Source: Felis catus (taxonomy: Eukaryota). Taken from it: a DNA stretch of 64,000 bases. The translations under genes and the position numbers were made by a program. This document shows positions 50,301 to 61,780 of the stretch, in pieces. A model generated the notes under the pieces. That model did no database searches, was not told where the DNA came from, and worked only from the letters and a program-made list of their open reading frames with translations. Where the stretch lies: positions 191,830,001-191,894,000 of the forward strand of contig NC_058368.1 in assembly GCF_018350175.1 (NCBI RefSeq). Reading direction: 5' to 3'. How positions within the stretch are numbered: the stretch's first letter is position 1; every line of letters begins with the position of its first letter.

Positions 50301-52323
50301 GAGAAGCCTGGCTAGAGGTTTGTCAATTTTGTTTATTTTTTCAAAAAACCAACTCTTGGTTTCGTTGATCTGCTCTACAGTTTTTTTAGATTCTATATTG
50401 TTTATTTCTGCTCTGATCTTTATGATTTCTCTTCTTCTGCTGGGTTTAGGCTGCCTTTGCTGTTCTGCTTCTAGTTCCTTTAGGTGTGCTGTTAGATTTT
50501 GTATTTGGGATTTTTCTTGTTTCTTGAGATAGGCCTGGATTGCAATGTATTTTCCTCTCAGGACTGCCTTCGCTGCGTCCCAAAGTGTTTGGATTGTTGT
50601 ATTTTCATTTTCGTTTGTTTCCATATATTTTTTAATTTCTTCTCTAATTGCCTGGTTGACCCACTCATTCGTTAGTAGGGTGTTCTTTAACCTCCATGCC
50701 TTTGGAGGTTTTCCAGACTTTTTTCTGTGGTTGATTTCAAGCTTCATAGCATTGTGGTCTGAAAGTATGCATGGTATAATTTCAATTCTTGTAAACTTAT
50801 GAAGGGCTGTTTTGTGACCCAGTATATGATCTATCTTGGAGAATGTTCCATGTGCACTCGAGAAGAAAGTATATTCTGTTGCTTTGGGATGCAGAGTTCT
50901 AAATATATCTGTCAAGTCCATCTGATCCAATGTCTCATTCAGGGCCCTTGTTTCTTTATTGACCGTGTGTCTAGATGATCTGTCCATTTCTGTAAGTGGG
51001 GTGTTAAAGTCCCCTGCAATTACCACATTCTTATCAATAAGGTTGCTTATGTTTATGAGTAATTGTTTTATATATTTGGGGGCTCTGGTATTCGGCGCAT
51101 AGACATTTATAATTGTTAGCTCTTCCTGATGGATAGACCCTGTAACTATTATATAATGTCCTTCTTCATCTCTTGTTACAGCCTTTAATTTAAAGTCTAG
51201 TTTGTCTGATATAAGTATGGCTACTCCAGCTTTCTTTGGCTTCCAGTCGCATGATAAATAGTTCTCCATCCCCTCACTCTCAATCTAAACGTGTCCTCAG
51301 GTCTAAAATGAGTCTCTTGTAGACAGCAAATAGATGGGTCTTGTTTTTTTATCCATTCTGATACCCTATGTCTTTTGGTTGGCGCATTTAATCCATTTAC
51401 ATTCAGTGTTATTATAGAAAGATATGGGTTTAGAGTCATTGTGATGTCTGTATGTTTTATGCTTGTAGTGATGTCTCTGGGACTTTGTCTCACAGGGTCC
51501 CCCTTAGGATCTCTTGTAGGGCTGGTTTAGTGGTGACAAATTCCTTCAGTTTTTGTTTGTTTGGGAAGACCTTTATCTCTCCTTCTATTCTAAATGACAG
51601 ACTTGCTGGATAAAGGATTCTCGGCTGCATATTTTTTCTGTCTAGCACCCTGAAAATCTCGTGCCAATTCTTTCTGGCCTGCCAAGTTTCAAAAGAGAGA
51701 TCAGTCACGAGTCTTATAGGTCTCCCTTTATATGTGAGGGCACGTTTACCCCTTGCTGCTTTTAGAATTTTCTCTTTATCCTTGTATTTTGCCAGTTTCA
51801 CTATGATATGTCGTGCAGAAGATCGATTCAAGTTACGTCTGAAGGGAGTTCTCTGTGCCTCTTGGATTTCAATGCCTTTTTCCTTCCCCAGTTCAGGGAA
51901 GTTCTCAGCTATGATTTCTTCAAGTACCCCTTCAGCACCTTTCCCTCTCTCTTCCTCCTCTGGGATACCAATTATGCATATATTATTTCTTTTTAGTGTA
52001 TCACTTAGTTCTCTAATTTTCCCCTCATACTCCTGGATTTTTTTATCTCTCTTTTTCTCAGCTTCCTCTTTTTCCATAACTTTATCTTCTAGTTCACCTA
52101 TTCTCTCCTCTGCCTCTTCAAGCCGAGCTGTGGTGGTTTCCATTTTGTTATGCATTTCGTTTAAAGCATTTTTCAGCTCCTCGTGACTGTTCCTTAGTCC
52201 CTTGATCTCTGTAGCAAGAGATTCTCTGCTGTCCTGTATACTGTTTTCAAGCCCAGCGATTAATTTTATGACTATTATTCTAAATTCACTTTCTGTTATA
52301 TTATTTAAATCCTTTTTGATCAG
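47393..52323 (-). mobile_element. Young 5'-truncated LINE-1 (~4.93 kb; lacks 5' UTR and start of ORF1)
   Basis: ORF1, 50-bp spacer, ORF2, 3' UTR with G-rich tract, AATAAA (47406-47411) and short A tail; exact 18-bp TSD CATTTTTAAAACATTCTT at 47375-47392 and 52324-52341. Confidence 0.99.
47617..51439 (-). pseudogene. ORF2: L1 ORF2p (APE endonuclease, reverse transcriptase, CCHC) with two 1-bp frameshifts
   Basis: MTLNPYLSIITLNVNGLN start; QET, GDFN, KIDH, SDH endonuclease motifs; QGCPLSP and LFADD RT motifs; CWRGC..HCWWEC; frameshifts at ~51236 and ~49217; adding 2 nt gives 3825 nt = 1274 aa plus stop. Confidence 0.97.
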
Positions 52324-52326
52324 CAT
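51490..52326 (-). CDS. ORF1: L1 ORF1p, N-terminally truncated, 278 aa open; ATG lies in the TSD
   Basis: Coiled coil, KRNNICIIGIPEEEE, IIAENFP, RILYPASLSF motifs; no internal stop; expression unknown because the L1 promoter is absent. Confidence 0.85.
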   Translation of the reverse strand: MLIKKDLNNITESEFRIIVIKLIAGLENSIQDSRESLATEIKGLRNSHEELKNALNEMHNKMETTTARLEEAEERIGELEDKVMEKEEAEKKRDKKIQEYEGKIRELSDTLKRNNICIIGIPEEEERGKGAEGVLEEIIAENFPELGKEKGIEIQEAQRTPFRRNLNRSSARHIIVKLAKYKDKEKILKAARGKRALTYKGRPIRLVTDLSFETWQARKNWHEIFRVLDRKNMQPRILYPASLSFRIEGEIKVFPNKQKLKEFVTTKPALQEILRGTL

Positions 52327-54148
52327 TTTTAAAACATTCTTGACCTTAGTCCATTTTTATAATTTATGTGATTATTAAATAACGATTCAAAATTTCCCTA
52401 CAATCCAACAAATGTTGAGTAATTCCATGTCCAAAGTACCTTGATTGCCGGAGGCCTGTATCCACTTGAACACAGAGCTGAAGAGGGTATCACTAATATT
52501 CCTTTAGGACATAAGGCATTTCTTCTTGCCCGAATATATATGTATCACTCCCTTCCCAAACTTCATATGTATTATGTTTCTCTTATCTTTTCCCAATGTG
52601 CCCCTATTTATTTGCTTCATTGTACTTATCACAATTAGAAATTCTAGATATGTGTATATTTTAATCTGATTCGCACTAAACAGAGAGTAAGCTCCATGAG
52701 GAAAGCAATTACATCCAATTTTACCCTAGCATGGTATTCTCTGTGCCTGGCACCATGCCCATCATATAATAGTCACTTTGGTAAATAAATCCATTTTAGT
52801 GGAATAAATTTTTTACCCTTTTTACCAAATCCCAAGGGCAAATAAAAATCCGTGACTTCATTTTAGTATCTAAAATCAGCCCAGTAAGCTCAGATACCTC
52901 TAGAAGGCCATTTTGGAATTATTTGCACACCTTTAGAGTTCTGTATGACAACCAGAGGCAACACAAAAACATTTTCTCTTGCCAGAGCTGAATGAATCCA
53001 TCAAAGAAAATAAATGTTGCCAATGATTTCCAAACACTCTTCGGGGCGGTTGTCAAAAAGAGGATAAAACTGACCTTGCCAAGTGGACCAGTCATTCTCT
53101 CTGAATCAGCTCCCAACATGGTTCACTTAGCACCCAGGAACTGTTCTCCAAAAGTCCAGGAAACAAATACACTGGCATGATGAATGTGAACATGTTTGCT
53201 TTTGCTATTCATCCTGACTCACAGTGACTGATGTGTGGTGCTATGAGTGATAATGAAAAATCTCAAAAATCCAATCGTTGGTACCTATAATGAGCTAAGC
53301 CCCCTGAAATTGTATCTGAGCCAAGATCTTGCCAACATGCTCAGGTAATGGAGGTCATTATCCAATCATTTGTATTTCTGGAAAGGAGGCCTTTGAACGA
53401 TAAGTTGGGAGTGTTCATAGTCTTTAAAAGTAAGTTTCTCAGAAAACACATTGCAAAAGAGAAGTGGATGATAAAAATTTTAAGTTGGTTTAAACTTTAA
53501 TAACTCTACATTCTTATCTTCTAGTCATTTACTCTGTGTATATGGGGAAGTACATTACACTCAGTGGACCTACGAACCAGCAAGGAATAAGTTGGGGAGG
53601 TGCATTAAGCCTTTGAGGCCATTAGGATAACATTCTGTTCAATGGAGAAGGTCATTTACTTATAACAAGGATCCAACATGCCTCTCACAGATGAGCCATC
53701 TAATCTGAGTTCACCCACATGAGCCTGCCCAATGTGCATTTTCCTAGATCAATTTCCCTGTAGGTTTTCCTTTATTTGTCCTATTTTATTTCTCCCATTT
53801 TATAGTCACATTGTCTAATTTAAACTTAATTAAAACTTTCAATTAGAAAAAAAAAGATAGTTGTGGAGATCTCCCAGGAAACACTTCATTAATGGGAACT
53901 ACTTAATAAGCAAAATATCTCACTGTGCAGACTAGACCCAAAACTGTGGCCTCAAAGATCCAGCAGTTCTTTCCCAAATCCTGGCTCCAGTTGGCCAGTG
54001 GTAACTAAATTCCTCAAAGTTACAAAGTTTGGGGCCTAAGATCAGAGCTTTGGCTTGAGATGGAGGAGACTATTGGGTTCACCTGATGACTGTGACTGAT
54101 TTAGGTGTGAACCATAATTCAAACGAGAGCAAACAAAGCCAAACCCAT

Positions 54149-54192
54149 AAAAGAACTTTCTCTGAAAAAAAAAAAAAAAAGAACTTTCTCTG
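54149..54192 (+). mobile_element. Poly(A)-only retroinsertion with TSD
   Basis: AAAAGAACTTTCTCTG (54149-54164) + A12 + AAAAGAACTTTCTCTG (54177-54192). Confidence 0.8.
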
Positions 54193-54416
54193 GACCTACT
54201 GAGCAAGATGCTCTATCTCCTCTGTGATTTTTAAACTGCGAAGATGTAATTATAGAACTTCTAGAAGTCTAGGAAGCCAACAAAGAGGAAGGCAGAGTCT
54301 GAAAGTCCAAGAGACAAATTCTTGAAAACGTTATTTAAACACTTGATCCAACTGTGTCTGAAGCCAAAAAACAAAAAAAAACAAACAAGCACCCTTCCCC
54401 ACTTTTTTTTTTTTTG

Positions 54417-54498
54417 CCTCAGACCTACTGAATCAGAATCTGCATTTCAACAAGATCCCTAGATGATTGGTATGTCCATTACATTTCAGAAGCATTGG
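54417..54498. mobile_element. MER5-type fragment
   Basis: AGACCTACTGAATCAGAATCTGCATTTCAACAAGATCCCTAGATGATT...AGAAGCATTG. Confidence 0.7.
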
Positions 54499-54723
54499 CT
54501 TGAGCCATTTTGAGTTGAATTCTATCATTTGTAGCTAAAATACCCTTAATAAATGTAGGTAGGTTGTATTATTATCTGTATTTTAACAAAAATTGAATGC
54601 CAAGACTTAGAGAAGTACAGCTGTTCAAGACAATGGGCTTAAAACTTGGCCTGCTTGGCTCCAAAGCACGTGTCCTGAACTACTGGGCCATAACATCCTC
54701 ACTCTGTTTGACAATGTTATCGA

Positions 54724-55037
54724 GTGAGTCCAAAATCTGATGTGGGAGGCCAGCAGGCTGAAGACTCAAGAAAAAAGTTGCAGTTCAAGTCTAAAAGCAG
54801 TCTGCTGGCAGAATTCCTTCTTTGGGGAAGGTCAGTCCTTGTTTTACTAAGCCCTTCAACTGATTGGATAAAACCCACCCATATTATGAAGTATAATCTG
54901 TTTTACTCAAACTCTACTAAGTTAAACGTTAAGCTCATGCCAAAAAAACACTTTCACAGAAACACCCAAAATAATGTTTGACCAAATATCTGGGCATTGT
55001 GGCTCAGCCAATGTGACACATAAAATTAATCACCACA
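54724..55037. mobile_element. MLT2 LTR fragment
   Basis: CAGTCTGCTGGCAGAATTCC, CCTTCAACTGATTGGATAAAACCCACCCATATTATG, ends GACACATAAAATTAATCACCACA. Confidence 0.85.
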
Positions 55038-56429
55038 ATTAATTTTATGGATTGATGAAGGCAATATAAATGCCTCATTGTCTGGAGCCTGGCAGCTTCG
55101 ATCATCCAAGAAAAGTGCAGCATTAGGCTCAACCTGAAGATTGAGCAACCTCAACTTCTTGCCCTGGCACAAGGTCATGCTTCAGAGAGTTTTGAATACC
55201 TACAGTTTGGCCTGGAAACTCAGCCAGTCCAGCCACAGCTCCTCTTGCTCAGGGGCTTCCCAGGTGGTGGCATGAGTGTTCTTATAAAGACAAGCAAGGG
55301 CTAAAAAGGTGGCTGGTCATCAGAAACACAAAGGGCAGCCTGAGATGACAAGGTTAGCCATGTGGGATCTCTGTTCCTGGTTTTCTGTCCTAAAGGGGAT
55401 ATAGCCACCCTAAACAGAAAATGAAGACTGTATAAAACCAGACTCATATAGAGTACTTCGTCAGACTCCTACCTCTTCTTGATTCACCGTTTTGTTTAAC
55501 ATCATTGTTTATTTTGTGGTTTGGATGTCACACACGTCAAAGAAACATTTGGGTTTCTCTGCATCACCCTTTAGCTTACCACCTTGGTTTTATTCAAATG
55601 AATTTGCCTTTATGCTTTTAGAATAAGAATCTATCATGTTCTCATTTTTATTCCTGCCATTAAGTTTATTCTATTTTCCTAAGATATTTCTCCCATATTT
55701 GCCCTAATGTTCTATTTTCCAAATAGACACACTCTGGGAAACCCATAGGTTACCTATCACATAAGATAAAAATCACTGTGTTAGAAGGCACTCCTGACTT
55801 ACTGGAATTATGGCCTCACCAGATTTACCACATCTATCTGCTATTTTATGAGAAGGCATAGAGTTTTATGTCCACTGTTTCCAGTGCAAAACACAGACTG
55901 TGCAAAGTACAACATGCCATAAGCCAGAAGGGTATTATGTTAAGCACAATTATGTCTTCTAGGCCTTCAAAGATACCTTTTAGTGATATCCTCTAGTGGG
56001 AGCTGCAAGCCTGACATCTCTAAGGAACCAGAGGACTGCTAAGAACTAGGGATACCCCCTGGTCACGCAGAGGACAGCCCATGGTTGGGTTCCAAACCTG
56101 TGACACCAAGTGGACAGTAAGTCCACTTATTAACAGGTTGACCCAAGTCCTGCCTTCCACAGATTCACAGGGGAATCCACTTGAGGATTTCTTCCTCTAA
56201 TGAGAAGGATCAAATAAAACTCTCAATCAGGAGCTAACCTTGAAAAAAAAAAAAAAAAGGCAGGGGGGCTTTACTGCAAGATCAATGGCAGGATCCATAT
56301 TAGGCTTCTTGGACTTAGAATATTAGTGCAGACTCATCTACAATATTCCTGAAATGCAAAAAAAAAACAACCGAGTTTCTCTGGCTCTCCACTTCTCAGT
56401 ACATCACCAGGTTACAGTCTCAAGAAGTA

Positions 56430-57030
56430 ACTTTAAGCTACCTAAAATGAAGATCTCAACAAGTAAGACCCCTACTTTAAACCCTCAAAGATTCCTAACT
56501 GCCCTTAGGATTAATAATAAAAACATTAATACCAAGGCTGACTTTGTTTGCTTTGTACCAGGCACCACCCTACATGCTCTACCTTTACCTGTCCTTTACC
56601 TGCCCTTGTAACCCACCTCATACTCTGTCTCACACCCATGTTGAACTTCTCCACCTCCTCAAAATGCCAGGCTCCCTTCCCTCTGGGGCTTTCTGGTATG
56701 ATATGCTCTTTCATCTGCTATCACTCTTCCCCAACTCTGCCCCAGCCAACTCTTCCCCTAATCATATCATCTGAAATATCATGTCCCTATGGAGCATCTG
56801 TACCATGCCCCTGCAAAGTTACTTCCCCTTTTTATACACTTGCAAGGGATCTTCAAGTCTTGTTTTCTAAGGCTTATCACACGTACAATTCCTGTTCAGT
56901 GTCTGTCTTCTCCACCAAATTATGAGCTCTACAAGGGAAGAATGGCATTGGTTTTCTCACCAATGTACCTCCAATAAATCACCCATTACTTTGCACACAG
57001 TATACCCTCAGCAATGTTTGATGAATGAAT
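56430..57030 (+). mobile_element. L2 3' fragment
   Basis: Pyrimidine-rich body; ends TATGAGCTCTACAAGGGAAG...GCACACAGTATACCCTCAGCAATGTTTGATGAATGAAT. Confidence 0.6.
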
Positions 57031-57924
57031 ATGTGAGAACACTCCCCTCATGACAGAAGACATAATAACGTTATTTCTAATGTCTTACTAGTTCCCCCAA
57101 ATGTGGCGGCCTTTTGAAGGCTTCCCTCAAGAAGTTTTATTGCCCAATATGCCACCTGCCAATCACTTAACAGTGAGCCATCTAAATGCACTTTCCACTG
57201 GCCCGAAGGCAGTGATACCTTCCCATCCTCCTGGACTCAGGCACCTCACACCAGTCTTCCCAGTGAAAACCCTCAAGAAGCCTCCACATGTGACTACAAT
57301 GCCATCAAAACCAACTTGTCAAAGCCCTGATGGTATTAAATGATAACATGTGAGATACATCTCAGTGTGAAACTATCAACATAGTATCCCAAATTTTTAT
57401 TGAGGACATACCTGCTATGTGCCAAACATTAATGATAATGAGTATAACAATGATGATGATAATAATGACATCACAATTAATTCTGGAGCACCGGATCACA
57501 CTAACCCCCAAAGGATACTAATCTACCAGGTCATGTAGTTTTATATGATTGGAGAACCATAGACATCAGAATTACCTGGTGTTTATTTAAAACGTAGGTT
57601 TCTGATATGTACCCCACAGAGACTGGAATGAGAATCTCTCAGAGTGAGGTCCATAAAGCTCCCCTTTAATGCACCTTAAATTTTGGGAAGCATCTCACTA
57701 GTTTTTTCACAAACTGTCTTGAATCTACTGTCTTAGCTTGTTAAATGAACCCTTCTCAGGTCACCATATCATTAAAAATGGATTCTAGATCACTCTAATA
57801 GGGATCATCTCCCCTCATTTTAGTTCCTAGAACCCATCTCCAACCCCAGTTGGTCTGATAAGGATAAGGAACTGAGGGGTTCTCACACACATGTGTAGGA
57901 ATATTTATATATTCAAAGCCAAAT

Positions 57925-58845
57925 ATCTTTTAATTGTTTACTTTGAAATAGTTACAGATTCACAGGAAGTTGCAAAAAAAAAAAAATGTCAGGACAGACC
58001 AGTGTATCTTTCACCCAGTCCCCACCAATGTTAATATCTTGTGTAACTATAGCATAATATCAAAAACACGTGGTAATTGACCTTACTCAGATACATGCAG
58101 TCATTTATGTGTGTGTGGTTCTGTGTAATTTTGTCACTGTGTAGCTTTGTGAAACTACCATTAAAATCAAGACATAATCACCACAAAGTTCCCTCGTGCT
58201 ATCCATGAGGATAGCCACATCCTCGTCTCCCATTCTTCACTCCTGGCAAGCCCTAATCTTTGCTCTGTCTCTATAATTTTGTTATTTTAAGAATGTTTTA
58301 TAAATGGAATCATACAGTATGTAGCCTCTTGTAATTGGCTTTTTCATTAACATAATTCCCTTGAGGTTCATCCAAGGCATGTTGAGTTGTTTTGAATATC
58401 TACAGTTCATTTCTTTTTATTTCTGAGAAATTTTCCATGGTATGGATAAACCATAGCTTTTTTAACCATTCAACCACTCAAAGATATCTTGGTAGTTTTC
58501 AGGTTTGGGCTGAATAACACTGCCATGAATATTCAGGTCCAATTTTCTTGTAAACATAATTTTAATCTCTCTGGAATAAATGTACACAAGTGTAATTGCT
58601 GAATCGTATTGTAAATCCATTTTTAAAGAAAACTGACACACTTTTCTAGAATGACTGTACTATTTTTACATTCTCAACAACAACATCTAAGTAATCCAGT
58701 TTCTCTACCTCCCTACCAACCTTTGGTATTATCACAATTGTGTCATCTGCAGAAAGAGATGGTTTTATTTTTTCCTTCTCAATCTATTTGGGCTTTTGTT
58801 TCTTTTTCTCACCATTTCACTGGAAAGGACTTCCAGTAGTATGTT
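57925..58845 (-). mobile_element. Old L1 (L1M-type) 3' end plus a short RT-region piece at ~58738-58845
   Basis: CAGATTCACAGGAAGTTGCAAAA, TATAAATGGAATCATACAGTATGTA; GTCATCTGCA (ADD) and GGACTTCCAGTAGTATGTTCAA (NILLEV). Confidence 0.8.
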
Positions 58846-59656
58846 CAAGTAACCCACAAGAAATTAGGAGAAACAGAGGGAAAAAAACAGAAAACAAATG
58901 AACACCTGAGCCCTAACATATTAATTACTTTAACTGTAAATGGTTCAAATACATTAATTCAAAGACAAAGACTGCCAGAATGGATAAACATTCATGCATA
59001 GGTAAGCCAAAAGCAAAAGGATGGAAAAAAGACATCATGAAAACATTTCTTAAAGCAGAAGTGGCTACATTCATATGACAAGGTAGACTTCAGAGCATAG
59101 ACAATTACAAGATGTAGAGAGGGATATTACATAAGATTAAAAGGTCAACCCACCAAGAAGTCATAGCAATGCTAAATGTGGATGTACCACATGACAGGGT
59201 TGCAAAAACATGAAGCAAAAACTGTTAGAGCTGAAAGGTGAAATGGGCAAATACATCATTACAGCGGAGGACTTCTACATCCTACTCTCAACAACTAATG
59301 CAAGTATTAGGCAGAATACAGCAAGGACACAGAAGAATTTAACAACACCAACAGGATCTAATTGACACATAAAGAACATTCCTCCCAATGAGAGCATACT
59401 TTTTCCCCCTTTGGGTTGAAATTATTATACTAGTTAGGTTGTAATATTATAGTCCATTATCTAAGAAATTTGGGTAGGAGATAAAAATCAGACTAGATGA
59501 CAAAGATCCTTTCTGAAGCAAGGCTTCTTTGACTTTATGCCACAGTTTGTTTGGTGTTTGGGTTTGGAAGATGCCTCTGAGGGAGAACGAGAAATGAGGC
59601 TCACGAGGTTATTGATATGGGAATTTTCCCTAGAGCATCAACAGGAATCACTGGCC

Positions 59657-60013
59657 CTTTTTTAAAAAAATAAGTTTTTGGGGCGCCTGGGTGGCGCAGT
59701 CGGTTAAGCGTCCGACTTCAGCCAGGTCACGATCTTGCGGTCTGTGAGTTCGAGCCCCGTGTCGGGCTCTGGGCTGATGGCTCAGAGCCTGGAGCCTGTT
59801 TCCGATTCTGTGTCTCCCTCTCTCTCTGCCCCTCCCCCGTTCGTGTTCTGTCTCTCTCTGTCCCAAAAATAAATAAACGTTGAAAAAAAAAATTTAAAAA
59901 AATAAGTTTTTTAGTTGAGTATAGTTGAAATACCATGTTATATTCGTTTCAAACACAACTTAGTGATTTGACAATTTGACACGTTTATGCGTTATGCTGT
60001 GTTCACCACAAAT
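59657..60013 (-). mobile_element. Short carnivore L1 3' stub; its tail is interrupted by a SINE
   Basis: AGTATAGTTGAAATACCATGTTATATTCGTTTC...TAGTGATTTGACAA...CGTTATGCTGTGTTCACCACAA (59912-60013). Confidence 0.75.
59680..59895 (+). mobile_element. Young felid-type Can-SINE
   Basis: GGGGCGCCTGGGTGGCGCAGTCGGTTAAGCGTCCGACTTCAGCCAGGTCACG; exact TSD AAAAAAATAAGTTTTT at 59664-59679 and 59896-59911. Confidence 0.98.
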
Positions 60014-61177
60014 ATGATATGCATTCTTTTCAAGTGCCCATATTCTTCAAGAACCCCATGTCCTGGAACATAAAACAAACCCTAGAAAATTTAAAAGTAT
60101 TTAAATCACAAAGAGTACATTCTCTTACCATGATGAAATCAAACTAGAAATCAATTACAAAAAGGCAAGCAAATCTTCAAACATGTAGAAATTCAAGATG
60201 TTTTAAAACCTCCCCTACCACATCACTCCTCCCACATCACCTTGATAGATTATTGATAATTTAAAATTGTTCTGTCCTTCATTTATCCATATATTGGTCT
60301 TACAACATCCGAGGACATTAAGCAAAATAATAAAAAGCACACAAAATTGGAATTACGTATCCAACCTCAAAATCTTCTTCTTACCCTCTTGTTTTAGAAG
60401 TGGAGGGAGCACTGATGACCCCCCCCAAAACTGTAGCCTCTGCCTGAGCTATGCCTGCAGACTCCTACGTAATTTAGGATTTTCGATTTATTCAGCTGAG
60501 ATTTTAGGTGTCAGGGGTAAACCTTTCCCTCTCCTCAACTGCCTACCGCCTTCTGACAGCACACAACTTTAAGGCACACAAAGCCAGGGAGGAATGGGTC
60601 CACTGGGCACTGGTGTGGTGATCTGTAATCAGGTGTGATTTCAGTAGAAAATTACATTCTTCCCTTTTTCAGAGGCAAGAAATAGTGCATGAATCCAGCA
60701 GAATGGTTCACTCCTGCCCCTTGAAACACTGGGCCTGGTTAGTCAAGGCTTCAATTTGTTCTACTCAAATTAAAAGGCTGCTGAGTGACTTTAATCAAAA
60801 CACTGATGGACAGCGAAAGAGCCCAGACAGCAGTGCCCTTTTCGCTCGAGGCTCAGAGCTAAAGGAGAGAAGCCAGGGAAAACAAGACTGTGGTGTTTAC
60901 AGTGGTGAGACTGACAAAGCAGGGCAGGTAGGGCTTCAGTTGTTTCTCCTGGCATATACTGAAATGGTGTAGAGGCAGTCAAACACACTGCAGTCGCAAA
61001 GTAGAGAGCTCCCATTTTGTTTGCAAACACAGATGGTGCCTCTATCCTTGGCTTCTTTCATCAGTCTTTATGTCCCTTTGGCTCTTGTATGGAAAACAGC
61101 TATCTGGTTCTAGCTAACAGGCTTTGATGCGAAAACAAGCACTATTTCTGCTATTTAAATACATTATTCTGCCTTCA

Positions 61178-61368
61178 GGGTGCCTGGGTGGCTCAGTCAA
61201 AGGGTTAAGTGTCCAACTTTGAATCAGGTCATGATCTTGCAGTTCCTGAGTTCAAGCCCCCCCATTGGGCTCTCAGGGAAAAACCTACTTTGTATCTTCT
61301 GCCTCCCCCTTTCTCTGCCCCTGCCCCACTAGTGCTCTCCCTCTCTCTCAAAAATAAAAAAACATTAA
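61178..61368 (+). mobile_element. Can-SINE, diverged or shortened middle
   Basis: GGGTGCCTGGGTGGCTCAGTC head, B box, CT tract, A tail; TSD core ATTATTCTG(A)CCTTC. Confidence 0.9.
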
Positions 61369-61780
61369 AACATATTATTCTGACCTTCCATGGCTCCCTG
61401 GTACTACTCTTGGAATAAAGTTACAATCCCTCATGGGTTGCCTATGCCTATTCTTCATCTCTTACCATGCTTCCCCTCAGTTCTACACTGCTGTCAGAAT
61501 GAACTTCTGTCAGTTCTTTTACTACATCATGTTATCTTCACCAGTGGGCTTTGCCTATTTTGTTCTATTTAGCACACACTTCTGCCTCTCTCCCTGGCCA
61601 ACTCTAACCCACACTATAAGTGATGAGCGCAAGGTTTTGGTGGCCATGTTACATAGCATAAGCACCATAGGTAACAAGCCTGCCTCTCAAATGCTAACTC
61701 AGAGACAGAGAGCATTAAAAAAAAAAAAACCTAGGAAGGGAAAACCATTGCAGAATATTCTCCAATATTAAAAACCTAAT

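Larger units (their letters stand above)
58850..60200 (+). mobile_element. Old L1 ORF2 endonuclease region, interrupted at ~59405-60013
   Basis: TAATTACTTTAACTGTAAATGG (ITL.VNG), GCAGAAGTGGCTACAT, ACAAGGTAGACTTCAGA; resumes CATTCTTTTCAAGTGCCCAT and GAAATCAAACTAGAAATCAAT. Confidence 0.8.

Noticed and set aside
49185..51269. 694-aa ORF as a separate gene with N-terminus [11 protein letters not shown]
   Set aside because: It is the middle frame of ORF2 between the two frameshifts; both termini are out-of-frame text
48455..52186. Plus-strand ORFs of 85-150 aa within the L1 (48455, 49189, 50236, 50545, 51734)
   Set aside because: Antisense shadows of ORF1/ORF2 codon structure; no independent protein features
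20008..59936. Recurrent similar ORFs (MAQ.V....AQVMIS..., RGRERGRHRIGNRLQALS...)
   Set aside because: Translations of Can-SINE copies, not a gene family
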